Program-made: the position numbers and the translations under genes
In this document: positions 19,632-29,783 of the stretch, one piece after another
How positions within the stretch are numbered: position 1 is the first letter of the stretch
Layout: each line of letters starts with the position of its first letter
Notes under the pieces: generated by a model
Seen by the model: only the letters and a program-made list of their open reading frames with translations
The model's database searches: none
Told to the model about the DNA's origin: nothing
Assembly (NCBI GenBank): GCA_000092065.1
Contig: CP000589.1
Source: Ostreococcus lucimarinus
Lineage: Eukaryota
Length of the DNA: 64,000 nucleotides
Strand: one strand, 5' to 3'

Positions 19632-21599
19632 CTATAGGCCGATCCAGTACGATCGCCCATTCGGGTTGTGTATGTGCCCTTGAACCGGTTTCGCAATCGT
19701 CCATTCGTACCACATTTTGTGCGCGTCGACGCGGCGCCAAATATAAAATTCAATCTTCGTCGGCGAAGCGCCGCGTCTATCGATGTACACTGGCGTTTGA
19801 ATGGGAAAGAACATTGGAAACCACGAAAACATGAGCTCGCCCGTCGGACCTAAAGTGTGGTTATGAGGATGGATGCTACAGCGCACGCATCCGGCAGGTC
19901 CGTCGTACAGCGTCGCGTCAAAGTACGCGGCGAAACCGTGAAGCGTGCTCGAGGCTGATCCAAGTTCTTCACTCGACCACTCGACGCGCGCGTAACGCTC
20001 GTTGTCGATTCGCGCGGCGTTGTTCGGGTGCTCGAACTCCCACACGCTCTTCGGTTCCGCGATGTGATGCACTCTGTGAAACTTGACCACGTACGGTGTT
20101 TCGATGGATTTCAAATCCTTGTACGAGACGACGGCGTCGTGCAATTTTGCCGCAGCGATGGGCGCGACGAAAGATTCGTACGACTGCGGCACGCTCACGC
20201 CCGTTGGTTTGAGAAATCGCTGCGCGCCGTCCAAACACTCTGGGCTCAACTCGTTGTCTCCGAAACTCCCGAGCAATTCGCTCACCAAAACGTCGACTCG
20301 AACATCCGCGGCGCACGTGCGCATATCTCCCGGGAAAATTTGTACTCTATCACCCCAACCCTCTTTCGCGACGAGGTGCTGCAGCGTGACGACCGCGTTT
20401 GGATTCTTCTCCACGGCGCACACTTTGATGTTCCTATTGGCGCGTTCGGACGCACGCAATGACGCGCGAACCAGCGGTCCGCGACCTGCGCCGACGACCA
20501 TCACAGAGCCCTCGTCGCCCTCTGGCACGAGATCAAGAAGCGCGCACCGCACGGCTTCTTCGTATTGAATATACTTGCTCGCATCCTTTTCGAACGTTTC
20601 GTACGTCACGCTCTCCAGATTATCCATCAACGGCTGCAAGGGCGCTTGTAAATAATCCCTGTAAGGCGCTTCCGCCAACGCCTGTTCGCTCGCGGGCTCG
20701 ACGCCGCGAAAGAGGTAGACGAGATACTCCCAATACAGCCGCATTGGATGCGCAGAGTCGACGCCCACGCGCCCTTCGTCCCCGGCCACATCTCCGGGCG
20801 CGATGGTCTCGCGCGCGCACCCATCGGGCGCGCCGTTCCAGTCCGTCAACATGATTTGAATATTCCTGCGAAACATGTCGCGAACCATCGCTTGCGCCTC
20901 CTTCGGCAGCACCGGAAACCCCCGCGCGTTCTTCACGAACGCTCGAACGCTCAGCGCACACGCGCCCACGCGCTCACCGATCCATCTTTCCCACCATTCG
21001 CGTCCGATCGGCGCCGCCACGACGTGAAGCAACGCGTACACATTCGACCTTCTTCCGCACGCCTCGTCCGTCGTTCGCCATCGCGCGTGCGCGTCCTCGT
21101 CCGTCGCCGCGTCCCCGCTCGCCCCGAGCACCCTCACCCACACCTTCGTGTGCGTCAGCGCATCAATATTCATCAAAATCACCCGCGCCACGCGCACGTC
21201 CCCCCCTTCGCCCTCGTTCGACGTCGCATCGACGATCGCCGCGTGCGCGCCGACGTGTCCCGCCCACCGAAGCTCGCGCGCGAGCGCCCTCTCGTTCCCA
21301 TTCATTCGCAACTCCCGAAGCGCCGCCGCGGACGTTCGCATCACGACGCGCGTGGACCACTCCTGCGAGTTCAACTCTTCGTCCGAGCGCGCGAACGGCG
21401 TTCGAGGGTACATCTCCGACGCGCACTCGTCGTCGATCGTCGCGAATTCATCGCGCGCGGTGACTGGAATCGACACGAAATCGAACCCTCCGCGCGTCGC
21501 CGCGTCCACGCTCGTCCCGACGCGCGCGCGCGCGTCCGCGGTGCGCTCGCATCCGACGAATCGCGCGTCGCCGAGGTCGTCGCGCGCGCCGAGCGTCAT
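19632..21599 (-). CDS. PRMT5: Protein arginine N-methyltransferase 5 (type II PRMT)
   Basis: VMVVGAGRGPLV SAM motif, GDNELSPECLDGAQRFLKPTGVSVPQSY; N-terminal MTLGARDD...GGFDFVSIPV aligns with plant PRMT5 MPLGERGG...GGFDYVLAPL. Confidence 0.8.
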   Translation of the reverse strand: MTLGARDDLGDARFVGCERTADARARVGTSVDAATRGGFDFVSIPVTARDEFATIDDECASEMYPRTPFARSDEELNSQEWSTRVVMRTSAAALRELRMNGNERALARELRWAGHVGAHAAIVDATSNEGEGGDVRVARVILMNIDALTHTKVWVRVLGASGDAATDEDAHARWRTTDEACGRRSNVYALLHVVAAPIGREWWERWIGERVGACALSVRAFVKNARGFPVLPKEAQAMVRDMFRRNIQIMLTDWNGAPDGCARETIAPGDVAGDEGRVGVDSAHPMRLYWEYLVYLFRGVEPASEQALAEAPYRDYLQAPLQPLMDNLESVTYETFEKDASKYIQYEEAVRCALLDLVPEGDEGSVMVVGAGRGPLVRASLRASERANRNIKVCAVEKNPNAVVTLQHLVAKEGWGDRVQIFPGDMRTCAADVRVDVLVSELLGSFGDNELSPECLDGAQRFLKPTGVSVPQSYESFVAPIAAAKLHDAVVSYKDLKSIETPYVVKFHRVHHIAEPKSVWEFEHPNNAARIDNERYARVEWSSEELGSASSTLHGFAAYFDATLYDGPAGCVRCSIHPHNHTLGPTGELMFSWFPMFFPIQTPVYIDRRGASPTKIEFYIWRRVDAHKMWYEWTIAKPVQGHIHNPNGRSYWIGL

Positions 21600-21651
21600 C
21601 GACGCGTCGTTTTGTGTCGACCGAGCGGTGCGGTCGTTACTCCGCGACGCC

Positions 21652-22818
21652 ATGTCGACGCGCCGCGCCGCGATCGCCGCGCCCGCGCGCGCGCCGCGCG
21701 CCTCGGGACGACGCGGGCGATCCGCGCGCGTCGCCGCGGCGCCCGCGGAGGACGCCGCGGCGATGGTGCGATTGACGACGGCGCTGCGAAGGATCGACGA
21801 CGCGAAGTCGCGCGACGGTGGCGGCGCGTGGCGCGTCTGCGAAGCCACGGGCGCGCGCGTGCGCGCGCCGAGGGCGAAGACGCCGTGGGGATGCGTGCAC
21901 TTCGTCGGCGGCGCGGTGCTGGGAAGCTTTCCGGACGTCGCGTACGACGCGTGGCTCTCGGCGTGCGCGGACGACGTCGGGCTCGTCGTCGTGGCGACGC
22001 CGTACGAGTTGGATTTGGATCACGAAAAGTGCGCGATGGCGGTGAAGAAGACGTACGATGAGGCGAGAAGGCTGGCGTGCGCGAAGGAAGGGATGGACGC
22101 GTCGCGCGCGCCGACGTTTCGAGTGGGGCACTCGTTGGGATGTAAGCTGTTGTGTCTCGTCGCGAGCGCGGAGGACGCGAACGAACGCGAAGGGAACGGA
22201 GAGGCGGGGGATGGGACGATCGATATGGACGTCGACGCGACGAGTGGAACGGCGGTAGCGGTGAGCGGGACGACGAGGGGGGGAGTTGGGAACGTGGCGG
22301 GTCATTTTCTCGTCGCGTTTAATAACGCCGACGCGACTGATTCGGTTAAGCTCGTGGAAAAGTTTGCGCGAGAGTTGCTGAAGAAACGCGCCGGTGCCGC
22401 GAGCGGAGCGTCGGAGGAGTTTTTCAAGACGCTTCCGAATCTCGCGGCGTTCGCCGAGCGCGCGGCCAAGGCGGCGGGGTTGGAATTTAAGCCGACGCCC
22501 GCGCAGACGCTCGAGCGATGTCGAACGCGCTTCGCGTCGAAACGCGTTCGGTTGATCAAATTTAAGGATGATGATTTAGACCAAAACGACGAGCTTTTGG
22601 AAGTTTTGCGAGAACGCATGAAAGTCTATCCCGGGCGCGTGGACGCGCGTGAGCTGGACTTCGGTAATCATCTGACGCCCGTGTACTTTAGCACGGACGG
22701 GTTGAAGCTCACCCCAGCGCTGGAGAAGCTCGTCGGTCAATTCGCGCTCGGCGATGCGGAGGGTGTGCGTAAGCTCTCCGCAGAGTTCGCCGCGTTCATC
22801 CGCGACGCGTCATCGTGA
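21652..22818 (+). CDS. DUF1350-family alpha/beta-hydrolase-like protein (plastid-type) with an Arg/Ala-rich N-terminal presequence
   Basis: HFVGGAVLGSFPDVAYDAWL...VVATPY and GHSLGCKL as in DUF1350; diverges head-to-head from PRMT5 with about 52 bp between start codons. Confidence 0.6.
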   Translation: MSTRRAAIAAPARAPRASGRRGRSARVAAAPAEDAAAMVRLTTALRRIDDAKSRDGGGAWRVCEATGARVRAPRAKTPWGCVHFVGGAVLGSFPDVAYDAWLSACADDVGLVVVATPYELDLDHEKCAMAVKKTYDEARRLACAKEGMDASRAPTFRVGHSLGCKLLCLVASAEDANEREGNGEAGDGTIDMDVDATSGTAVAVSGTTRGGVGNVAGHFLVAFNNADATDSVKLVEKFARELLKKRAGAASGASEEFFKTLPNLAAFAERAAKAAGLEFKPTPAQTLERCRTRFASKRVRLIKFKDDDLDQNDELLEVLRERMKVYPGRVDARELDFGNHLTPVYFSTDGLKLTPALEKLVGQFALGDAEGVRKLSAEFAAFIRDASS

Positions 22819-22903
22819 AAGAATATACATGAATGTCGAATCAAATGAATTTAGCTAGGCATCGCCGCTCGCGATGGCGTGTACAATATCATACATTTCC
22901 AAT

Positions 22904-25369
22904 TTATTCGTCGTCGGCGTCGTCGTTGGCGTCGTGAATTTGCGCATCTATCGTCGTTCCGTTCGACGGAAGCTCACTCACGAACGATATGAGATCGCTC
23001 CTCATGGCGTTGATGAGTAAGGGATCGGTCGTGGTCGTCGATGCATCCACGCGCCAGTGGTCGGGCGTCTCGCCCGTCATGGCGGCGATCCGGTCGGCGG
23101 TGTCACACCGCGTGTCCTTGACGTACGAAAACAGGTCTCGCAGTTCGGCTTGCGTGAACGTGCTGGAGCTCGATCCGGCGGAGTTGTTGTTACCAGAAGT
23201 TGATTTGAATCCGAGCGTTCGCGCGAGCGCGCCTTTGAGCTCTTGGCGCTGAAACATGCGCTCCTCGATCGTTCCCGTGCTCAGCAAGCGATAGATGGAA
23301 CACGGTTTCGTTTGACCTTCTCGCCACACGCGCGCCTGGGCTTGCAAATCGTGTGCGGGATTCCACGACGAGTCGACTAGTACCAATCTGTTCGCTCCGA
23401 CCAGATTAAGCCCGACACCTCCAGCTTTCGTGGAGAGCAACAAAATCTTGCCAGAATTATTGAACGTGCGAACAATGGACGTGCGCTCTTTCGGCGGCGT
23501 GGAACCTTGTAATCTATCATACTTCAGGTGCTCGCTCTCGCAAAGCTTGGCGATGAGGTCTAACGTCGTGGTGAAGCCAGAGACGACGACGATGCGTTCA
23601 TCGTTGGCGAGCGCCCGGAACATGGCGCGCAACACGGCGAGTTTGCTCGACGAAGCCACCGGATCGCTCACCTCAGTCGCGAGCGCCGCCGCGTTGCAGA
23701 GCTTTTGCAGCGTCTGAATCGCCTGAAGCGGCGAGATGGATTCCGCATCTTGCGTCTTGCCGATTCGCCCGAGCATCGAAAGCATCGACTTTTGCTTGAG
23801 TTGGTCGACGTACAAGCCTTTCTGCACTTCAGAAAGTCGAACGAAGACGACGTACTCGGTCTTTGGCGGCAGCAGCGACGCGTTGATCTCATCCGCTTTT
23901 CTCGAGTGAATGAAAGGGCCGATCAAACGACCGACCTCTTCGCGACGTGCGTTACCGATTCGCACAACTTCTTCCTTGGCCCCACGCTCGCTCGCTTTCT
24001 CGATCGGCCCGGAATAAATTTTGCGAAACGAATCGAGGTCTCCCAGCAAGCCGGGCGCCGCGAAGTCCATCACACCCCACAACTCGTCCAAGTTATTCTG
24101 AATCGGCGTGCCCGTCAGAAGCACCCTGCGATGACACTTGAGCGACGCGAGCGCTTGCGCGCCTTTCGTGGACTGCGTCGCGTTCTTCAGGCGATGCGCC
24201 TCGTCGCACACGAGCAAGTCGACGTTCGCCCTCGCGACGACGTCCGCCTGCGCTCTCAAGGTTTCGTACGATGTAATCAACACGTTGTATCTGCGCTGCG
24301 ATGGAAGCGCGAATTCCTCGAAACTCTTTCTCGCCTCCTTATCACCGCCTTCCACGACTTTTGGATCGCAGCGTTCCTCGCCGAGCCACTTGCGAAACTC
24401 CAAGGCCCAGTTCCCCGTGAGCGACGCCGGCACGCACACGACGACGCGTCGACACGTCGGTTGGCCGCGCTTGAACGGTGACTGCTTGAGTAAAGTCCAC
24501 ACGAGCGCGATGACTTGCAACGTTTTACCAAGACCCATTTCGTGCGCCAACAAGCACCCGGTGTGCGCCCTGTTCGTGTGCACGCTCGTTCGCAGTCCCA
24601 TGACGGCTTCGTACATGAACTGCACGCCGTCGCGTTGATGCGGGCGGAGAAACCTCGATATGAACGGATCGCACACCACCGCACACGCCGTGCGATAATC
24701 TCTGCGATGGAAATCAGTGTCGAGCGTCGACAACACGAGCGCCCCGTCCGCGACGTCGCTGTGCAACGGCGCCTCCGGCGCGAACGTCTTCTTCGCCTCC
24801 GACGTCGTCGCCGATCCGACGGCGCCGCCGATCCCGCGCACCGGCGCCACGAACGATTTCACTTTCTGCTCGTTCGCGACGACCACCTTCTCCGGCGCCA
24901 CCGCCGCGCCGCCGCGCGAGAACGCCGCGCCCGAGTCCACGTCCTCCGCGCGCACCGCCTCGCCGATTTCCACCTCGTACTGTCCGATTTCGCACGTCGT
25001 CCCCTCCACGATCGTCCCCGCGCACCCTCTCGCCACCCGTTTCCCTCGCATATCGCACAGCTCCGCCCGCTCGCGCGCGCCTCGCGCGATCACCACGCCG
25101 TCCACGAACGTCTTCGCCGACCTTTGCTTCCCGCCGCCGCCCGCCTTGCGCTTCGCGTACAGCGCCGAGAAGCATCGCCGCGCCGCATCGTCCCGGGCGG
25201 TCGCCCGCCCGCGCCCGGCGACTTTCACCGAGCGCCGCGCGTACGGAGGCGCGCGCGTCGCGCCGTTCGCGCCGTTCGCGCCCACGTACGGCGACACGAA
25301 CGCGCGATTCGCGTTCGCCATTCGAGGCACCGACCCGTGGGCATCGTCGTTCGCGCCTCGCGTCGTCAT
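22904..25369 (-). CDS. RAD54: SNF2-family DNA repair/recombination helicase RAD54
   Basis: DGALVLS...DPFISRFLRPHQRDGVQFMYEAV...LAHEMGLGKTLQ (motif I), DEAHRLKN (DExH), SWNPAHDLQAQARVWREGQ (motif VI); N-terminal start uncertain. Confidence 0.8.
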   Translation of the reverse strand: MTTRGANDDAHGSVPRMANANRAFVSPYVGANGANGATRAPPYARRSVKVAGRGRATARDDAARRCFSALYAKRKAGGGGKQRSAKTFVDGVVIARGARERAELCDMRGKRVARGCAGTIVEGTTCEIGQYEVEIGEAVRAEDVDSGAAFSRGGAAVAPEKVVVANEQKVKSFVAPVRGIGGAVGSATTSEAKKTFAPEAPLHSDVADGALVLSTLDTDFHRRDYRTACAVVCDPFISRFLRPHQRDGVQFMYEAVMGLRTSVHTNRAHTGCLLAHEMGLGKTLQVIALVWTLLKQSPFKRGQPTCRRVVVCVPASLTGNWALEFRKWLGEERCDPKVVEGGDKEARKSFEEFALPSQRRYNVLITSYETLRAQADVVARANVDLLVCDEAHRLKNATQSTKGAQALASLKCHRRVLLTGTPIQNNLDELWGVMDFAAPGLLGDLDSFRKIYSGPIEKASERGAKEEVVRIGNARREEVGRLIGPFIHSRKADEINASLLPPKTEYVVFVRLSEVQKGLYVDQLKQKSMLSMLGRIGKTQDAESISPLQAIQTLQKLCNAAALATEVSDPVASSSKLAVLRAMFRALANDERIVVVSGFTTTLDLIAKLCESEHLKYDRLQGSTPPKERTSIVRTFNNSGKILLLSTKAGGVGLNLVGANRLVLVDSSWNPAHDLQAQARVWREGQTKPCSIYRLLSTGTIEERMFQRQELKGALARTLGFKSTSGNNNSAGSSSSTFTQAELRDLFSYVKDTRCDTADRIAAMTGETPDHWRVDASTTTTDPLLINAMRSDLISFVSELPSNGTTIDAQIHDANDDADDE

Positions 25370-25827
25370 CGTCGTCGTCGCGCGTCGTCGTCGCGGGCGT
25401 CGCGTCGCGTCGCGTCGCGATTCGTCGTCGTCGTCGACGACCGTCGCCCGTCGCGCGTCGCGCGCGTCGCGACGTGCGACGCGCGATCGCGTCGTCCGAG
25501 ACGTCCGAGACGCCGAGACGCCGCGCCGGCGATTTGAATCGATCGTCCGCGGTCGCGGTCGCGGGTCGGTATGGGTTTTTTTGTGGGCGAAACACCCGGG
25601 TGTGCGAATATCGATGAGCGCCGCGCGCGAGTGTGATTTCGACTCAACACTAATGCGGCGAACGTCGCAAGACGGCGCGCACACGACGGCGCGGGACGCG
25701 GGACGCGCGGCGACGCGGGACGCGACGCGCGCGGAAGGCGCGGTCGACGCGACGCGCGCGGTCGACGCTCGGACGCGGGACGCGCGGGACGACGGACGGC
25801 GCGACGGCGGACGCGAGGGCGAACACC

Positions 25828-28722
25828 ATGGCGCCACACGACGACCGGGACGTGGAGCGCGCGGAGACGGCGGCGCTGCTCGGGGACGACGGCGACGCGC
25901 GCGGTGACGGGCGAGGACGCGCGCGGGGGGGGACGACGCGCGGGACGACGCGGACGGCGATGGTGGTGGGCGGCGCGTGCGCGCTCGCGGCGTGCGCGTC
26001 GATCGGGGTGTGGACGCACCGGAGCGAGACGCTGCAGGAGGCGTGGCGACCGGTGCCGGGGGAGGAGTTAGCGATGCGAGCGAGGGGAGCGCGCGCGGGC
26101 GGGGCGTCGATCGCGCGGTGGGGGACGACGTCGACGGAGAGGGCGCGGTTGGGGGCGGATGCGGCGACGGGGGTGACGCCGACGCCGACGCAGATGACGG
26201 CGCTCAGAGGGTTGCGGTTACAGATTCGTAACGCGATGTTCAATCCGGGAACGGTCACGTCGCAGACGCTGAGCACGATGACGAACCAGTTTTTCAACAT
26301 CGTGCCGCAGGCGCGCGCGCTGTTCCCGACGGGCGCGCCGGCGAATATCGACGACTTGGACGCGACGATCAAATCTTTGATGGCGAACGGAGCGATGGCG
26401 GCACCGGCCGCACCGGCGGCGGAGAGTGAGTTTAGAGACATGCTCGCATCCAGTCACCCGACCGGGGTCTCGATGCCCATCGATGTTTCCACAGAGCCCA
26501 CGGCGCAGCAACAGCTACGTCCGCGCAAGCCGTTGACGTCGTACGAGTCTGCGCTGTACGAAACCAGGCAAGCGGCGTCGCAGGTTAGCGAGCGTAGCGA
26601 CGTCGCGTCCACGGGATCGCCTCACCACCATTCGCACCGGGTATCGAGCGAAACGCAGACGGTGATCGAGAACGACAACTTGGAACGCATGATTAATTCG
26701 CTGGACGCCTCGGGAGCCGAGGAAGTCGACAAAGTCGAACCGTATCGAGCGCCTTCGGGCGACTTCATTGAATACTCGAATGGCGATTCCACGAGGCATC
26801 ATAGACGACATCGTCATTCGTCGAACGGCGAAGAAGTTGAAGCCCCGCAGGACGCCGTCTCGACGGGTCCCGCTTTGCCGCCTTGGGCGGCGCAGCCGAC
26901 CGCCGCCGCACAAGTGCAGCAACCGATCCAACAGTGGACTGGTACTGGCTCAGTGGTTCAGAGCGGGCAAGCGATGCCGTTGGCGACGCCAGTGCCGGTG
27001 ACGACGACGGCGCCCGCGCAACAAGAGGACGCATCGTGGACGGATTTCCAGAATCTGATGTCGGCGGCGCCGACGCCGGATGCGCCGACGCCGACACCCG
27101 TTCCGACGCCGACACCCGTTCCGACGCCGACACCCGTTCCGACGCCGACACCCGTTCCGACGCCGACACCCGTTCCGACGCCGACACCCGTTCCGACGCC
27201 GACACCCGTTCCGACGCCGACACCGATGCCGGCGGATGAGCCTTCGGACATCAAGGACCTGCTCGATTTTGGCGCGCCGACGACGTCTCCGCAAGTCGAA
27301 GTGACAGCGAGCGCGACTCCTACCCCGACTCCGAGTGCTTCGGACGACGAAAGTGATATTGTAGATTTATTCACGAACGGTGGCGGCGAAGAAAAAGATA
27401 CTGGAGGATTGGGTGAGGACGTAGCGAGCGCGACGGACGATTCGACTGCGCCGGCATCCATGTTGAGACGGCCCGTCTTCCCGACCGCCGACGCGGAAGC
27501 GATTGCTTCGCACATCGTGGACATGATCATGCATCGTAAATCGAGCGATCAAGGCGAAGACGATGCCGCAGATATCGGGTTAGATCAGAGCGGCAGTGCT
27601 GAGAAAAAGTCGCAAGATGCGCCCAACCTTTCCAAGGAGGAAATCGCGGCAATGTTGGCGTCAAGCTTGACGGCGGTGACGACGGAGGCTGTGCAGGCGA
27701 ACGCTTTGGAGAACGCGCGCGTGTCTGACGCATCGAACGGTAGTGCCAACGCAAAAATAATGGCCGACGCATTAGTGGCGCACGATAAAATGATGGCAAA
27801 GCGCATAGCTGAAATTCTGACGAGCGAGAACGCAGAGGACAAGCTTGCCAATCCGAATGCCGCCGCCAGCATCGGCTCGGCGACGGGGTACGACGTTTCG
27901 GGTCGCTCGGGCGAAGCGGCGCAGTTGATCATGTACGAGGAACAGCGTCACCAGCGTGAGGAAGTTGAAGCCATGCGGCGAGATTTAGCGGCTCTGATGG
28001 CCAACATTCAGGCCAACTACGCCATGGGCGCGACGGAGGATCGAATTGATAAAACAGCTTCGGCGGCGGCGAGTCACATCATCGACACCCTTCGACCGGT
28101 GATCAAAACAGACGTCGCTCGCGAGGGTTCGTCCGAGTCGTCAACTCTGTTCGATTATCCAGTCATGCCGAGCTCGTCACTGAGTAGTGAAACTTTGCGT
28201 TTGGATTCGATCGACGACGATAGTTACGACGACGTCGGCTCGGCCGAGGCCAAGGCCAAGGCCAAGGCGACTTCCAAGGATGACGATGGCGCCGCTTCAG
28301 GAGACTGGTTAGCCCTCTTGGAAGAAGACGCCGGGGGTGCGTCAGCCGCTGCCACTCCATCGGCACCGGCGCCGGCGCCGGCTAAAAAGTCATCTGACGG
28401 CGTCGACGCGTCGTCTTCGAATTCCGAAGAAGACGTCTCCGTTCCCGGCGACAACGGCGCGACGGGCGATCAACCCGCTTGGCTCGCGCACGCGCTCACC
28501 GACGAGCAGCTCACCGCACAGTTCCTCGCAGACGAAGTCGAGGACGACGGCGAGGCGACGCGCAAGCGTTCCCGCAAGCACAGGGCGTCGAGATTGGGCG
28601 CGTCTCAACGCTTCACCGCGCCGACGCCCGTCGTCCGGGACGAACCGACGCGCGAAACCAAACAGGGCGCGTACGTTCGCGCCCTGAACGAGCGCGCCGC
28701 TCGCGCCCTGCGCCACGATTAG
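25828..28722 (+). CDS. Hypothetical low-complexity Pro/Thr/Ala/Ser-rich protein with one N-terminal hydrophobic segment and a (TPVPTP)n array
   Basis: 964-aa ORF; MVVGGACALAACASIGVW; PTPTPVPTPTPV x7; family not identified. Confidence 0.4.
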   Translation: MAPHDDRDVERAETAALLGDDGDARGDGRGRARGGTTRGTTRTAMVVGGACALAACASIGVWTHRSETLQEAWRPVPGEELAMRARGARAGGASIARWGTTSTERARLGADAATGVTPTPTQMTALRGLRLQIRNAMFNPGTVTSQTLSTMTNQFFNIVPQARALFPTGAPANIDDLDATIKSLMANGAMAAPAAPAAESEFRDMLASSHPTGVSMPIDVSTEPTAQQQLRPRKPLTSYESALYETRQAASQVSERSDVASTGSPHHHSHRVSSETQTVIENDNLERMINSLDASGAEEVDKVEPYRAPSGDFIEYSNGDSTRHHRRHRHSSNGEEVEAPQDAVSTGPALPPWAAQPTAAAQVQQPIQQWTGTGSVVQSGQAMPLATPVPVTTTAPAQQEDASWTDFQNLMSAAPTPDAPTPTPVPTPTPVPTPTPVPTPTPVPTPTPVPTPTPVPTPTPVPTPTPMPADEPSDIKDLLDFGAPTTSPQVEVTASATPTPTPSASDDESDIVDLFTNGGGEEKDTGGLGEDVASATDDSTAPASMLRRPVFPTADAEAIASHIVDMIMHRKSSDQGEDDAADIGLDQSGSAEKKSQDAPNLSKEEIAAMLASSLTAVTTEAVQANALENARVSDASNGSANAKIMADALVAHDKMMAKRIAEILTSENAEDKLANPNAAASIGSATGYDVSGRSGEAAQLIMYEEQRHQREEVEAMRRDLAALMANIQANYAMGATEDRIDKTASAAASHIIDTLRPVIKTDVAREGSSESSTLFDYPVMPSSSLSSETLRLDSIDDDSYDDVGSAEAKAKAKATSKDDDGAASGDWLALLEEDAGGASAAATPSAPAPAPAKKSSDGVDASSSNSEEDVSVPGDNGATGDQPAWLAHALTDEQLTAQFLADEVEDDGEATRKRSRKHRASRLGASQRFTAPTPVVRDEPTRETKQGAYVRALNERAARALRHD
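27085..27228 (+). repeat. 18-bp unit gacgccgacacccgttcc x7-8, perfect tandem array
   Basis: Direct reading 27085-27228; produces mirrored ORF artefacts on the minus strand. Confidence 0.9.
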
Positions 28723-28728
28723 CGTCAA

Positions 28729-29754
28729 ATGTCAAATGTCAAATGTCTCATAGCGACCACGCGCTCCCCCGACGCGTCACTTCGCGGCCGCCGCATGCCC
28801 GACGTCGCGCGCGCGCGCGTCCCGCGCCTCGCGACCGCGCGCGCGCCGAATCGCGTCGCGCGTCGCGCGATGTCGCGGCGTCGCGCCGCGCCCTGGACGA
28901 CCGCGGACGTCCTCGAGACGCTCGGCGACGCCATGACGCGCGGACGCGTGACGTCGCTCGCCGGCGACGCCGACGCGCGCAACGCGATTCAGCGCGCGGC
29001 GATCGCGACCATCGTCGACGCGGATCGCGTGCGCGTGCCGCCGGACGCGATCGACGCGCTCGCCGCGGGCGCGCGAGCGCACGACGGGGCGACGACGACG
29101 GACGCGCGCTGGGCGGCGCTTCGCGAGTGCTACGACGTCGCGCTGCGACGATTGATGGAGAGCGAAGGAACGGTCGATTTCGCGCTCGCGGACGCGGTGT
29201 ACGCGAGCGAAAGCGAGGATAGCGCGTGCAGGGTCGCGGAGGCGCGAATGACGTTCGTCGGGGACTCGAAGGATTTGACGCGATGGCGGTCGCTGAACGA
29301 CGGCGTCATGGGCGGGATGAGCGACGGTTTCATGGCGAGACGAGGCGACGAGGGCGCGAGTTTCATGGGGAACGTCAGTCTCGAGCGTAACGGTGGGTTC
29401 GCGAGCGTGCGCGCGATGGTGGAGGAGGACGCGAGCGATTTCGACGGCGTGTACGTCGACGCGAAGTCGCCCTCCGGCGCGACGAAAAAGTTTCTCTTCA
29501 TCCTGAAGGACGACGAGTGCTTGCGCGAGCAAATCAACTTCAAGGTGGCGTTCGAGGCGGGCGAGGAGTACGGAAGGGTGAAGATTCCGTTCGCGGCGTT
29601 CGCGCGTCCCGAGCGCATGGGACGCGCGTGCTTGCGCGAACCGCTCCGATTGGCCAAACTGCGCGAGTTCGGGTTGATGATTCTCAAAGGCGACGCCGCG
29701 CAAGTGGGGCCGTTTGAGCTCGTCGTGCGCGAGATCGGTTTCTATCGCGGCTAG
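28729..29754 (+). CDS. Complex I intermediate-associated protein 30 (CIA30/NDUFAF1-like) with an Arg-rich presequence
   Basis: FVGDSKDLTRWRSLNDGVMGGMSDG ... FELVVREIGFY, typical of the CIA30 domain. Confidence 0.65.
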   Translation: MSNVKCLIATTRSPDASLRGRRMPDVARARVPRLATARAPNRVARRAMSRRRAAPWTTADVLETLGDAMTRGRVTSLAGDADARNAIQRAAIATIVDADRVRVPPDAIDALAAGARAHDGATTTDARWAALRECYDVALRRLMESEGTVDFALADAVYASESEDSACRVAEARMTFVGDSKDLTRWRSLNDGVMGGMSDGFMARRGDEGASFMGNVSLERNGGFASVRAMVEEDASDFDGVYVDAKSPSGATKKFLFILKDDECLREQINFKVAFEAGEEYGRVKIPFAAFARPERMGRACLREPLRLAKLREFGLMILKGDAAQVGPFELVVREIGFYRG

Positions 29755-29783
29755 CATCATTTTTACAACAACATCGATCGTAT

